A stretch of 64,000 nt of DNA from Nemertoderma westbladi (GCA_032718475.1 JAUCBJ010009124.1:17422-81421); one strand, 5' to 3'; counted from the first letter of the stretch, positions 1 to 12,791 are shown. Translations and numbers: made by a program. Notes: generated from the sequence alone by a model not told the origin.

Positions 1-3000
1 CTGGGGTAGGTTGGTACAAACCGAGGTAGGTTGGTACAAACCGAGGTAGGTTGGTACAAACCGTGTAGGTTGGTACAAACGGAGGTAGGTTGGTACAAAC
101 CGAGGTAGGTTGTTACTAACCGAGGTAGGTTGGTACACACCGAGGTACGTTGGTACAAACCGAGGTAGGTTGGTACAAACCGAGGTAGGTTGGTATAAAC
201 TGGGGTAGGTTGGTACAAACCGAGGTAGGTTGGTATAAACTGGGGTAGGTTGGTACAAACCGAGGTAGGTTGTTACAAACTGAGGTAGGTTGGTACAAAC
301 CGAGGTAGGTTGTTACAAACTGAGGTAGGTTGGTACAAACCGAGGTAGGTTTGTACAAACCGAGGTAGGTTGGTACAAACCGAGGTAGGTTGTTACAAAC
401 CGAGGTAGGTTGGTACAAACCGTGTAGGTTGGTACAAACCGAGGTAGGTTGGTACAAACCGAGGTAGGTTGGTACAAACTGGGATAGGTTGGTACAAACT
501 GATTGTAGGTTGGTACAAACCGAGGTAGGTTGGTACAAACTGGGGTAGGTTTGTACAAACCGAGGTAGGTTGTTACAAACCGAGTAGGTTGGTACAAACC
601 GAGGTAGGTTTGTACAAACCGAGGTAGGTTGGTACAAACTGGGGTAGGTTGGTACAAACCGAGGTAGGTTGGTACAAACCGTGTAGGTTGGTACAAACCG
701 AGGTAGGTTGGTACAAACTGATTGTAGGTTGGTACAAACTGGGGTAGGTTGGTACAAACCGAGGTAGGTTGGTACAAACCGAGGTAGGTTGGTACAAACC
801 GAGGTAGGTTGGTACAAACCGAGGTAGGTTGGTACAAACCGAGGTAGGTTGGTACAAACCGAGGTAGGTTGGTACAAACCGAGGTAGGTTGGTACAAACT
901 GGGGTAGGTTGGTACAAACCGAGGTAGGTTGGTACAAACCGAGGTAGGTTGGTACAACCCGAGGTAGGTTAGTACAAACCGAGGTAGGTTGGTACAAACC
1001 GAGGTAGGTTGGTACAAACCGAGGTAGGTTGGTACAAACTGGGGTAGGTTGGTTCAAACTGGGGTAGGTTGGTACAAACCGAGGTAGGTTGGTACAAACC
1101 GAGTAGGTTGTTACAAACCGAGGTAGGTTGGTACAATCTGGGTTAGGTTGGTACAAACCGAGGTAGGTTGGTACAAACCGAGGTAGGTTGGTACAAACCG
1201 AGGTAGGTTGGTACAAACCGAGGTAGGTTGGTACAAACCGAGGTAGGTTGGTACAACCCGAGGTAGGTTAGTACAAACCGAGGTAGGTTGGTACAAACCG
1301 AGGTAGGTTGGTACAAACCGAGGTAGGTTGGTACAAACTGGGGTAGGTTGGTACAAACTGGGGTAGGTTGGTACAAACCGAGGTAGGTTGGTACAAACCG
1401 AGTAGGTTGTTACAAACCGAGGTAGGTTGGTACAATCTGGGGTAGGTTGGTACAAACCGAGGTAGGTTGGTACAAACCGAGGTAGGTTGGTACAAACCGA
1501 GGTAGGTTGGTACAAACCGAGGTAGGTTGGTACAAACCGAGGTAGGTTGGTACAAACTGGGGTAGGTTGGTACAAACCGAGGTAGGTTGGTACAAACCGA
1601 GGTAGGTTGGTACAAACCGAGGTAGGTTGGTACAACCCGAGGTAGGTTAGTACAAACCGAGGTAGTTTGGTACAAACCGAGGTAGGTTGGTACAAACCGA
1701 GGTAGGTTGGTACAAACCGAGGTAGGTTGGTACAAACCGAGGTAGGTTGTTACAAACCGAGTAGGTTGGTACAAACCGAGGTAGGTTTGTACAAACCGAG
1801 GTAGGTTGGTACAAACTGGTGTAGGTTGGTACAAACTGATTGTAGGTTGGTACAAACCGAGGTAGGTTGGTACAAACTGGGGTAGGTTTGTACAAACCGA
1901 GGTAGGTTGTTACAAACCGAGTAGGTTGGTACAAACCGAGGTAGGTTGGTACAAACTGAGGTAGGTTTGTACAAACCGAGGTAGGTTGGTACAAACCGAG
2001 GTAGGTTGGTACAAACCGTGTAGGTTGGTACAAACCGAGGTAGGTTGGTACAAACTGATTGTAGGTTGGTACAAACTGGGGTAGGTTGGTACAAACCGAG
2101 GTAGGTTGGTACAAACCGAGATAGGTTGGTACAAACTAAGGTAGGTTGGTACAAACCGAGGTAGGTTGGTACAAACCGAGTTAGGTTGTTACAAACCGAG
2201 TAGGTTGTTACAAACCGAGGTAGGTTGGTACAAACCGAGGTAGGTTGGTACAAACTGGGGTAGGTTGGTACAAACCGAGGTAGGTTGGTACAAACTGAGG
2301 TAGGTTGGTACAAACTGAGGTAGGTTTGTACAAACCGAGGTAGGTTGGTACAAACTGGGGTAGGTTGGTACAAACCGAGGTAGGTTGGTACAAACCGAGA
2401 TAGGTTTGTACAAACTGAGGTAGGTTTGTACAAACCGAGGTAGGTTGGTACAAACCGAGGTAGGTTGGTACAAACCGTGTAGGTTGGTACAAACCGAGGT
2501 AGGTTGGTACAAACTGATTGTAGGTTGGTACAAACTGGGGTAGGTTGGTACAAACCGAGGTAGGTTGGTACAAACCGAGATAGGTTGGTACAAACTAAGG
2601 TAGGTTGGTACAAACCGAGGTAGGTTGGTACAAACCGAGTTAGGTTGTTACAAACCGAGTAGGTTGTTACAAACCGAGGTAGGTTGGTACAAACCGAGGT
2701 AGGTTGGTACAAACTGGGGTAGGTTGGTACAAACCGAGGTAGGTTGGTACAAACTGAGGTAGGTTGGTACAAACTGAGGTAGGTTGGTATAAACCGAGGT
2801 AGGTTGATACAAACGGAGGTAGGTTGGTACAAACCGAGGTAGGCTGGTACAAACCGAGGTAGGTTGGTACAAACCGAGGTAGGTTGTTACAAACCGAGGT
2901 AGGTTGTTACAAACCGAGTAGGTTGTTACAAACCGAGTAGGTTGTTACAAACCGAGTAGGTTGGTATAAACCGAGGTAGGTTGGTACAAACCGAGGTAGG

Positions 3001-4675
3001 TTGGTACAAACTGGGGTAGGTTGGTACAAACCGAGGTAGGTTGGTACAAACCGAGGTAGGTTGGTACAAACCGTGTAGGTTGGTACAAACCGAGGTAGGT
3101 TGGTACAAACCGTGTAGGTTGGTACAAACCGAGGTAGGTTGGTACAAACTGAGGTAGGTTGGTACAAACCGAGGTAGGCTGGTACAAACCGAGGTAGGTT
3201 GGTATAAACCGAGGTAGGTTGGTACAAACCGAGGTAGGTTGGTACAAACTGGGGTAGGTTGGTATAAACCGAGGTAGGTTGGTACAAACCGAGGTAGGTT
3301 GGTACAAACCGTGTAGGTTGGTACAAACCGAGGTAGGTTGGTACAAACCGAGGTAGGTTGGTACAAACCGTGTAGGTTGGTACAAACCGTTTAGGTTGGT
3401 ACAAACCGAGGTAGGTTGGTACAAACCGAGGTAGGTTTGTACAAACCGAGGTAGGTTGGTATAAACTGGGGTAGGTTGGTACAAACTGAGGTAGGTTGGT
3501 ACAAACTGAGGTAGGTTGGTACAAACCGAGGTAGGTTGTTTCAAACTGAGGTAGGTTGGTACAAACCGTGTAGGTTGGTACAAACTGAGGTAGGTTGTTA
3601 CAAACCGAGGTAGGTTGGTACAAACCGAGGTAGGTTGTTACAAACCGAGGTAGGTTGGTACAAACCGAGGTAGGTTGGTACAAACCGAGGTAGGCTGGTA
3701 CAAACCGAGGTAGGTTGGTATAAACCGAGGTAGGTTGGTACAAACCGAGGTAGGTTGGTACAAACTGGGGTAGGTTGGTATAAACCGAGGTAGGTTGGTA
3801 CAAACCGAGGTAGGTTGGTACAAACCGTGTAGGTTGGTACAAACCGAGGTAGGTTGGTACAAACCGAGGTAGGTTGGTACAAACCGTGTAGGTTGGTACA
3901 AACCGTTTAGGTTGGTACAAACCGAGGTAGGTTGGTACAAACCGAGGTAGGTTTGTACAAACCGAGGTAGGTTGGTATAAACTGGGGTAGGTTGGTACAA
4001 ACTGAGGTAGGTTGGTACAAACCGAGGTAGGTTGGTATAAACCGAGGTAGGTTGGTACAAACCGAGGTAGGTTGGTACAAACTGGGGTAGGTTGGTATAA
4101 ACCGAGGTAGGTTGGTACAAACCGAGGTAGGTTGGTACAAACCGTGTAGGTTGGTACAAACCGAGGTAGGTTGGTACAAACCGAGGTAGGTTGGTACAAA
4201 CCGTGTAGGTTGGTACAAACCGTTTAGGTTGGTACAAACCGAGGTAGGTTGGTACAAACCGAGGTAGGTTTGTACAAACCGAGGTAGGTTGGTATAAACT
4301 GGGGTAGGTTGGTACAAACTGAGGTAGGTTGGTACAAACTGAGGTAGGTTGGTACAAACCGAGGTAGGTTGTTTCAAACTGAGGTAGGTTGGTACAAACC
4401 GTGTAGGTTGGTACAAACTGAGGTAGGTTGTTACAAACCGAGGTAGGTTGGTACAAACCGAGGTAGGTTGTTACAAACTGAGGTAGGTTGGTACAAACTG
4501 AGGTAGGTTGGTACAAACCGAGGTAGGTTGGTACAAACCGTGTAGGTTGGTACAAACTGAGGTAGGTTGTTACAAACCGAGGTAGGTTGGTACAAACCGA
4601 GGTAGGTTGTTACAAACCGAGGTAGGTTGGTACAAACCGAGGTAGGTTGGTACAAACCGAGGGTAGGTTGGTATA
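1..4675 (+). repeat. 20-bp tandem array (TGGTACAAACCGAGGTAGGT)n, ~235 copies, running off the left edge; lies in the last intron of the LAR-family PTP gene
   Basis: Unit read directly; 19-bp deletion variants and CTGGGG/CTGATT/CCGTG variants present; ends ~85 nt before the AG acceptor at 4758-4759. Confidence 0.97.
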
Positions 4676-4759
4676 CTAATTATAATACAAAATATACTTT
4701 GATAGTTTTTGTGTTTATAATCCTTTAATTATTAACCAGATATATTTGTAAATTTGCAG

Positions 4760-4828
4760 GACCAATACGCGTTGTGTTATAAAGCGGCATTGGAATACGT
4801 TGGCAGTTACGATCAGTATTTATCCTAG
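4760..4828 (+). CDS. Lar: Last coding exon of a LAR/PTPRD/PTPRS-family receptor protein tyrosine phosphatase (end of D2 domain)
   Basis: tttgcag|GAC CAA TAC... translates DQYALCYKAALEYVGSYDQYLS*, matching the conserved LAR-family C-terminus (VQTE)DQYxxCYxAALEYLGSFDHY; followed by AT-rich 3'UTR-like sequence. Confidence 0.85.
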   Translation, partial: DQYALCYKAALEYVGSYDQYLS

Positions 4829-4910
4829 CCGGTGCGAGCCGTGGTTGTTGCTATAGAAACAGGTCATCTTCCAGCTGTTTAACTGGTTGAGGAATGTGTT
4901 GGGTTTATAG

Positions 4911-4916
4911 AATAAA
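4911..4916 (+). terminator. Candidate polyadenylation signal of the PTP gene
   Basis: AATAAA ~80 nt after the stop, followed by T-rich sequence; another AATAAA lies near 5420. Confidence 0.35.
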
Positions 4917-6253
4917 ACCGTTTCCTCTTAGTAATTTAAATTGTTTCGAACATTATTTTGTTTTTCTTGCTTTTAAAGTTTCTTTTTGTATTGAATTCTG
5001 TTTTGTTTATAAAGTTATTAATTGATTTTAAGTGCTTATAAGTATAATAATTAATTATGTTAAATGTATATAAATTATTTGAATGTTTGTTAAAAAGTAA
5101 TTATGTTAAGTAATTATTTGTTCGTTAAAAGTTGCACATTTTCTAAAGTTATATTGGGTGCAATGCCTAGTGCGTGCAATTAAAGTAGTGCAATGAGTTT
5201 ATCAAGTCAGTCTTCGAATTGATTGAAAATTAATGTTTTTTTTATACATTATTTACTATTATTGTTATTTTCTAAGCTAATTAATTCTAACTTGTGTTGG
5301 GGGGTAACCCCTTTTGTTTAATTTATGTTCTGTAATCGTAAACATAATTTATTACAATTCGATCTCAAACACTCATTATTATAATTATACCGCATACAAA
5401 TACAGGCAATATAAAGGCAAATAAAGGGTCGTATGTGTATCAAGTAGAAAAACCGAAAACCGAAAAACTTACTAACTCAGCTAATTGAGAATTTTCATTT
5501 TCCATAAAAATCTGGCGCTATTTAATTATAAAAAAAAGTGAAACAAATCTTACCATGCGACTGCCATGTCAACTGACAGAGGCAGAAAGAATTTCACGGT
5601 TTCAGATGAGTTGGCCCGCTGTTTATTACCGTAACAATCGCTTTAATCTAAATGTAAGGCTATCGACCAACTGTATTCTATGTAGAATTTTAATGCTACG
5701 GTACCGATATACCTAAAATAGATTATCATATCATTAAAATCAATAGAATACATTCGTCGTATTGATGATAATGTTTCCCACCTGAACGAACAAGACTAAC
5801 CATGTTTCCGTGAATTGGACGAGCGAATAATTATTTCTAACGCCGAAATAAACCTGATAATGTCATTTGTTTATCAGCGTAGCGATTAATGTCTGTTATT
5901 TGGGACATACATTTTTTCATAAATAAAAAATTGCTCAATTCCATTTTTATCTCATCTCATCTGATTTCATTAAATTAAATTAAATGTATTTTTTATTATT
6001 ATTAAGGATGTATTACTGAATTAAATTAATTTTTTATTATTATTAAGGATGTATTACTGAATTAAATTTGAATTAAAAACTAAAATTACGAAATTTTAAT
6101 GGACTTTGTTTTTTCGAAATCAGCGATATCGAGCGAGTGTCGTATTTTTCAAGCATTAATACCGTTATTTTACAAAATTAATTTCAGCACTGTCTGTTAT
6201 TAATATGTAATAGAATGTCCGCTTTGATTTGATCCGATTTGATTTGGCTATTT

Positions 6254-9200
6254 GAATGCCTATTTGAATGCCTGTTCACCACATGGGTGATCTTCCACAG
6301 TAAACTCTTCCACTCTGTTTCCTAAAGGAATGCCTGTTCACCACATGGGTGATCTTCCACAGTAAACCCTTCCGCTCTGTTTCCTAAAGGAATGCCTGTT
6401 CACCACCATGGGTGATCTTCCACAGTAAACCCTTCCACTCTCTTTTCCAAAGGAATGCCTGTTCACTACCATGGGTGATCTTCCACAGTAAACCCTTCCG
6501 CTCTGTTTCCTAAAGGAATGCCTGTTCGCCACCACGAGTGATCTTCCATAGTAAACCCTTCCACTCTCTTTTCCAAAGGAATGCCTGTTCACTACCATGG
6601 GTGATCTTCCACAGTAAACCCTTCCACTCTGTTTCCTAAAGGAATCCCTGTTCACCACCATGGGTGATCTTCCACAGTAAACCCTTCCACTCTGTTTCCC
6701 AAAGGAATGCGTGTTCACCACCATGGGTCATCTTCCACAGTAAACCCTTCCACTCTGCTGTTTCATAAAGGAATGCCTGTTCACCACCATGGGTGATCTT
6801 CCATAGTAAACCCTTCCACTCTGTTTCCTAAAGGAATGCCTGTTCACCACCATGGATGATCTTCCATAGTAAACTCTTCCACTCTGTTTTCTAAAGGAAT
6901 GCCTGTTCACCACCATGGGTGATCTTCCACAGTAAACCCTTCCACTCTGTTTCCTAGAGGAATGCCTGTTCAATACAATGGGTGATCTTCCACAGTAAAC
7001 CCTTCCACTCTGTTTCCCAAAGGAATGCCTGTTCACCACCATGGGTGATCTTCCACAGTAAACCCTTCCACTCTGTTTCCTAAAGGAATGCCTGTTCACT
7101 ACCATGGGTGATCTTCCACAGTAAATCCTTCCATTATGTTTCCTAAAGGAATGCCTGTTCACCAACATGGGCGATCTTCCGCAGTAAACCCTTCCACTCT
7201 GTTTCCCAAAGGAATGCCTGTTCACCACCATGGGTGATCTTCCACAGTAAACCCTTCCACTCTGTTTCCCAAAGGAATGCCTGTCCACCACCATGGCTGA
7301 TCTTCCACAGTAAATCCTTCCATTATGTTTCCTAAAGGAATGCCTGTTCACCACCATGGGTGATCTTCCACAGTAAACCCTTCCACTCTGTTTCCTAAAG
7401 GAATCCCTGTTCATTACCATGGGTGATCTTCCACGTAAACCCTTCCACTCTGTTTCCCAAAGGAATGCGTGTTAACCACCATGGGTGATTTTCCACGTAA
7501 ACCCTTCCACTCTGTTTCCTAGAGGAATGCCTGTTCAACACAATGGGTGATCTTCCACAGTAAACCCTTCCACTCTGTTTCCTAAAGGAATCCCTGTTCA
7601 TTACCATGGGTGATCTTCCACGTAAACCCTTCCACTCTGTTTCCCAAAGGAATGCGTGTTAACCACCATGGGTGATTTTCCACGTAAACCCTTCCACTCT
7701 GTTTCCTAGAGGAATGCCTGTTCAACACAATGGGTGATTTTCCACGTAAACCCTTCCACTCTGTTTCCCAAAGGAATGCCTGTTAACCACCATGGGTGAT
7801 TTTCCACGTAAACCCTTCCACTCTGTTTCCTAGAGGAATGCCTGTTCAACACAATGGGTGATCTTCCACAGTAAACCCTTCCACTCTGTTTCCCAAAGGA
7901 ATGCCTGTTCACCACCATGGGTGATTTTCCACAGTAAACCCTTCCTTCCACTCTGTTTCGCAAAGGAATGCGTGTTAACCACCATGGGTGATTTTCCACG
8001 TAAACCCTTCCACTCTGTTTCCCAAAGGAATGCCTGTTCACCACCATGGGTGATCTTCCACAGTAAACCCTTCCACTCTGTTTCCTAGAGGAATGCCTGT
8101 TCAACACAATGGGTGATCTTCCACAGTAAACCCTTCCACTCTGTTTCCCAAAGGAATGCCTGTTCACCACCATGGGTGATTTTCCACAGTAAACCCTTCC
8201 TTCCACTCTGTTTCCCAAAGGAATGCCTGTTCACCACCATGGGTGATCTTCCACAGTAAACCCTTCCACTCTGTTTCCTAAAGGAATCCCTGTTCATTAC
8301 CATGGGTGATCTTCCACGTAAACCCTTCCACTCTGTTTCCCAAAGGAATGCCTGTTCACCACCATGGGTGATCTTCCACAGTAAACCCTTCCACTCTGTT
8401 TCCCAAAGGAATGCCTGTCCACCACCATGGCTGATCTTCCACAGTAAACCCTTCCACCCTGTTGCTTAAAGGAATGCCTGTTCACCACCATGGGTGATCT
8501 TCCACAGTAAACCCTTCCACTCTGTTTCCTAAAGGAATCCCTGTTCACTGCCATGGGTGATCTTCCACGTAAACCCTTCCACTCTGTTTCCCAAATGAAT
8601 GCGTGTTAACCACCATGGGTGATTTTCCACGTAAACCCTTCCACTCTGTTTCCTAAAGGAATGCCTGTTCACCACCATGGGTGATCTTCCTCAGTAAACC
8701 CTTCCACTCTGTTTCCCAAAGGAATGCGTGTTCACCACCATGGGTCATCTTCCACATTAAACCCTTCCAATCTGCTGTTTCCTAAAGGAATGCCTGTTCA
8801 CCACCATGGGTGATCTTCCACAGTAAACCCTTCCACTCTGTTTCCCAAAGGAATGCGTGTTCACCACCATGGGTCATCTTCCACATTAAACCCTTCCAAT
8901 CTGCTGTTTCCTAAAGGAATGCCTGTTCACCACCATGGGTGATCTTCCACAGTAAACCCTTCCACTCTGTTTCCTAAAGGAATGCCTGTTCACCACCATG
9001 GGTGATTTTCCACAGTAAATCCTTCCATTATGTTTCCTAAAGGAATGCCTGTTCACCAACATGGGCGATCTTCCGCAGTAAACCCTTCCACTCTGTTTCC
9101 CAAAGGAATGCCTGTTCACCACCATGGGTGATCTTCCACAGTAAACCCTTCCACTCTGTTTCCCAAAGGAATGCCTGTCCACCACCATGGCTGATCTTCC

Positions 9201-11543
9201 ACAGTAAATCCTTCCATTATGTTTCCTAAAGGAATGCCTGTTCACCAACATGGGCGATCTTCCGCAGTAAACCCTTCCACTCTGTTTCCCAAAGGAATGC
9301 CTGTTCACCACCATGGGTGATCTTCCACAGTAAACCCTTCCACTCTGTTTCCCAAAGGAATGCCTGTCCACCACCATGGCTGATCTTCCACAGTAAATCC
9401 TTCCATTATGTTTCCTAAAGGAATGCCTGTTCACCAACATGGGCGATCTTCCGCAGTAAACCCTTCCACTCTGTTTCCCAAAGGAATGCCTGTTCACCAC
9501 CATGGGTGATCTTCCACAGTAAACCCTTCCACTCTGTTTCCCAAAGGAATGCCTGTTCACCAACATGGGCGATCTTCCGCAGTAAACCCTTCCACTCTGT
9601 TTCCCAAAGGAATGCCTGTTCACCACCATGGGTGATTTTCCACAGTAAACCCTTCCACTCTATTTCCTAAAGGAATGCCTGTCCACCACCATGGCTGATC
9701 TTCCACAGTAAATCCTTCCATTATGTTTCCTAAAGGAATGCCTGTTCACCAACATGGGCGATCTTCCGCAGTAAACCCTTCCACTCTGTTTCCCAAAGGA
9801 ATGCCTGTTCACCACCATGGGTGATCTTCCACAGTAAACCCTTCCACTCTGTTTCCCAAAGGAATGCCTGTTCACCACCATGGGTGATCTTCCACAGTAA
9901 ACCCTTCCACTCTGTTTCCTAAAGGAATGCCTGTTCACCACCTTGGGTGTCTTCCACAGTAAATCCTTCCATTATGTTTCCTAAAGGAATGCCTGTTCAC
10001 CAACATGGGCGATCTTCCGCAGTAAACCCTTCCACTCTGTTTCCCAAAGGAATGCCTGTTCACCACCATGGGTGATCTTCCACAGTAAACCCTTCCACTC
10101 TGTTTCCCAAAGGAATGCCTGTCCACCACCATGGCTGATCTTCCACAGTAAATCCTTCCATTATGTTTCCTAAAGGAATGCCTGTTCACCAACATGGGCG
10201 ATCTTCCGCAGTAAACCCTTCCACTCTGTTTCCCAAAGGAATGCCTGTTCACCACCATGGGTGATCTTCCACAGTAAACCCTTCCACTCTGTTTCCCAAA
10301 GGAATGCCTGTCCACCACCATGGCTGATCTTCCACAGTAAATCCTTCCATTATGTTTCCTAAAGGAATGCCTGTTCACCAACATGGGCGATCTTCCGCAG
10401 TAAACCCTTCCACTCTGTTTCCCAAAGGAATGCCTGTTCACCACCATGGGTGATCTTCCACAGTAAACCCTTCCACTCTGTTTCCCAAAGGAATGCCTGT
10501 TCACCAACATGGGCGATCTTCCGCAGTAAACCCTTCCACTCTGTTTCCCAAAGGAATGCCTGTTCACCACCATGGGTGATTTTCCACAGTAAACCCTTCC
10601 ACTCTATTTCCTAAAGGAATGCCTGTCCACCACCATGGCTGATCTTCCACAGTAAATCCTTCCATTATGTTTCCTAAAGGAATGCCTGTTCACCAACATG
10701 GGCGATCTTCCGCAGTAAACCCTTCCACTCTGTTTCCCAAAGGAATGCCTGTTCACCACCATGGGTGATCTTCCACAGTAAACCCTTCCACTCTGTTTCC
10801 CAAAGGAATGCCTGTTCACCACCATGGGTGATCTTCCACAGTAAACCCTTCCACTCTGTTTCCTAAAGGAATGCCTGTTCACCACCTTGGGTGTCTTCCA
10901 CAGTAAACCCTTCCACTCTGTTTCCTAAAGGAATGCCTGTTCACCAACATGGGCGATCTTCCGCAGTAAACCCTTCCACTCTGTTTCCCAAAGGAATGCC
11001 TGTTCACCACCATGGGTGATTTTCCACAGTAAACCCTTCCACTCTATTTCCTAAAGGAATGCCTGTCCACCACCATGGCTGATCTTCCACAGTAAATCCT
11101 TCCATTATGTTTCCTAAAGGAATGCCTGTTCACCAACATGGGCGATCTTCCGCAGTAAACCCTTCCACTCTGTTTCCCAAAGGAATGCCTGTTCACCACC
11201 ATGGGTGATCTTCCACAGTAAACCCTTCCACTCTGTTTCCCAAAGGAATGCCTGTTCACCACCATGGGTGATCTTCCACAGTAAACCCTTCCACTCTGTT
11301 TCCTAAAGGAATGCCTGTTCACCACCTTGGGTGTCTTCCACAGTAAACCCTTCCACTCTGTTTCCTAAAGGAATGCCTGTTCACCACCATGGGTGATCTT
11401 CCACAGTAAACCCTTCCACTCTGTTTCCTAAATGAATGCCTGTTCACCACCATGGGTGATCTTCCACGTAAACCCTTCCATTATGTTTCCCAAAGGAATG
11501 CCTGTTCACCAACATGGGTGATCTTCCACAGTAAATCCTTCCA
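6254..11543. repeat. 63-bp satellite (~84 copies) with higher-order structure, intergenic between the two convergent 3' ends
   Basis: Unit GAATGCCTGTTCACCACCATGGGTGATCTTCCACAGTAAACCCTTCCACTCTGTTTCCTAAAG; identical ORF-track blocks recur at offsets of 944 and 440 bp. Confidence 0.97.
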
Positions 11544-11597
11544 CAAATATGTTGTGTGACCCCTAGATCCCTTCCTATAAATGTATAATCCCAAAGG

Positions 11598-11838
11598 CGC
11601 CCATGTGAAGAATACCAGGATTTCACTTTTCATTTCATTTTTTTAATTTATCTTTATTAAATATTTTTGGCGCTTATTTCTGTCTTATAACCTGTACATA
11701 TACTAATTCGTTTATTGTTTTAGTTAAATTCAGCCCTTCTGTAACCTGTGTTTTTGGTGAAAACCTGGTATTCTTCACATGGGGGTAACTGCAAAGTGAA
11801 ATATAACTGCAGAGAGTCTGGTATTCTTCACATGGGCC
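11598..11838. mobile_element. MITE with ~20-bp TIRs and an 8-bp target-site duplication
   Basis: GCCCATGTGAAGAATACCAG ... CTGGTATTCTTCACATGGGC; extra internal TIR copy at ~11765-11783; CCCAAAGG on both flanks (11590-11597, 11839-11846). Confidence 0.75.
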
Positions 11839-11949
11839 CCCAAAGGAATGCCTACTACATTATAGCCCATAAAGATATGTGGGCCCTACGCCTACAATAA
11901 AAAACGATACGGATTTTTATGCGAAGTTTAGACGAAAACGTAGATTATA

Positions 11950-11955
11950 TTTATT
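11950..11955 (-). terminator. Candidate polyadenylation signal of the PKD1-like gene
   Basis: AATAAA on the - strand ~175 nt after the TGA. Confidence 0.45.
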
Positions 11956-12128
11956 CACAAAAATCAAATACAATAATTAAAACATAAACATTCAGAAATA
12001 ACAGCGCAAGAAAGAAATCTCAATTTCATGTTGATATGATGTCAGTGTCAGTTTGTCTGCGGTTTCATAGGTTTGTAAGGTAATATTGACCGGGTTTGTT
12101 ATATCTTTAGCACTCAGTTGGGTGTGTT

Positions 12129-12252
12129 TCAGTAGTGCGGGTGAATGTTGTTGTGGGTCACGGCGGATTTTGGATCCTCCACATCGAATTGGGATGGCGA
12201 GGGTACAGTGATGGTAAACTTATCTGATTGGTTACCCTGAACTCGTTCTATC
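12129..12252 (-). CDS. PKD1-like exon 17 of 17 seen (terminal)
   Basis: attacag|G ATA GAA...; IERVQGNQSDKFTITVPSPSQFDVEDPKSAVTHNNIHPHY*; phase fits the previous exon. Confidence 0.75.
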
Positions 12253-12266
12253 CTGTAATTAAAAAT

Positions 12267-12488
12267 TAATTTTATTTATTTGTGGGGAATTAATTTCGCA
12301 CTATCAAATCGCCAGGGCGCCATATTTTCCAGCTATATATCGCAGTGCGACATTATTTAACAGTATGACCCTACGCCATACATTTTACTATGTACAGTAT
12401 TTCCAGTATGTCACCGCGTCATTATTAGGTTGTTCTAGAAAGTTTGACTGCATAACTACTAATAATTCCCCACAAATAAATAAAATTA
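12267..12488. mobile_element. MITE with perfect 26-bp inverted termini (TA-bounded) in the last PKD1-like intron
   Basis: TAATTTTATTTATTTGTGGGGAATTA ... TAATTCCCCACAAATAAATAAAATTA. Confidence 0.7.
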
Positions 12489-12615
12489 GATTCGCCATTG
12501 TTCATAATTAGCATTTTAAAGCTTTTACGGCCCCCGTTTTATCATGCAGAACCCTATAAGGTGCTATTTTATGAACTATGACGTAGGCGTTTTACCTAAA
12601 TCATAAGTAACTCAC

Positions 12616-12791
12616 GCGTCGACTAGTTTCCCGACTTTATCCTCGAATTCCTCTAAACGTCTCGATAAATTTCGCTTTTTTCTGCTGCCCCTCGGCGCGG
12701 TTTTTGCGTTCCTTCGAGAAATCAAATACCCTAATTTTTCCATCATGAAATTCACAAACCCGAACTCATCTTCCCTTGGTGTTCCTTTTAT
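12616..12791 (-). CDS. PKD1-like exon 16 (cytoplasmic tail, coiled-coil-like)
   Basis: ttcag|ATA...GC|gtgagt; IKGTPREDEFGFVNFMMEKLGYLISRR...LSRRLEEFEDKVGKLVD. Confidence 0.8.

Noticed and set aside
116-4655. Many overlapping 'YQPTSVCTNLPRFVPTYLGL' ORFs on the - strand
   Set aside because: Translation of the 20-bp repeat cycling through frames; no unique coding sequence.
1-4675. Telomere or G-quadruplex role for the GG-rich 20-mer
   Set aside because: The array is intronic and its sequence is explained by the exon/donor origin. Only two-tier GG tracts are present, so a G4 function is unsupported.
5975-6066. ~41-bp AT-rich tandem duplication
   Set aside because: Two low-complexity copies; ordinary slippage.
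6338-11626. 21-aa repeat ORFs (GRVYCGRSPMVVNRHSF)
   Set aside because: Satellite translation, broken repeatedly by 1-3-nt indels and stops, with no sign of frame conservation.
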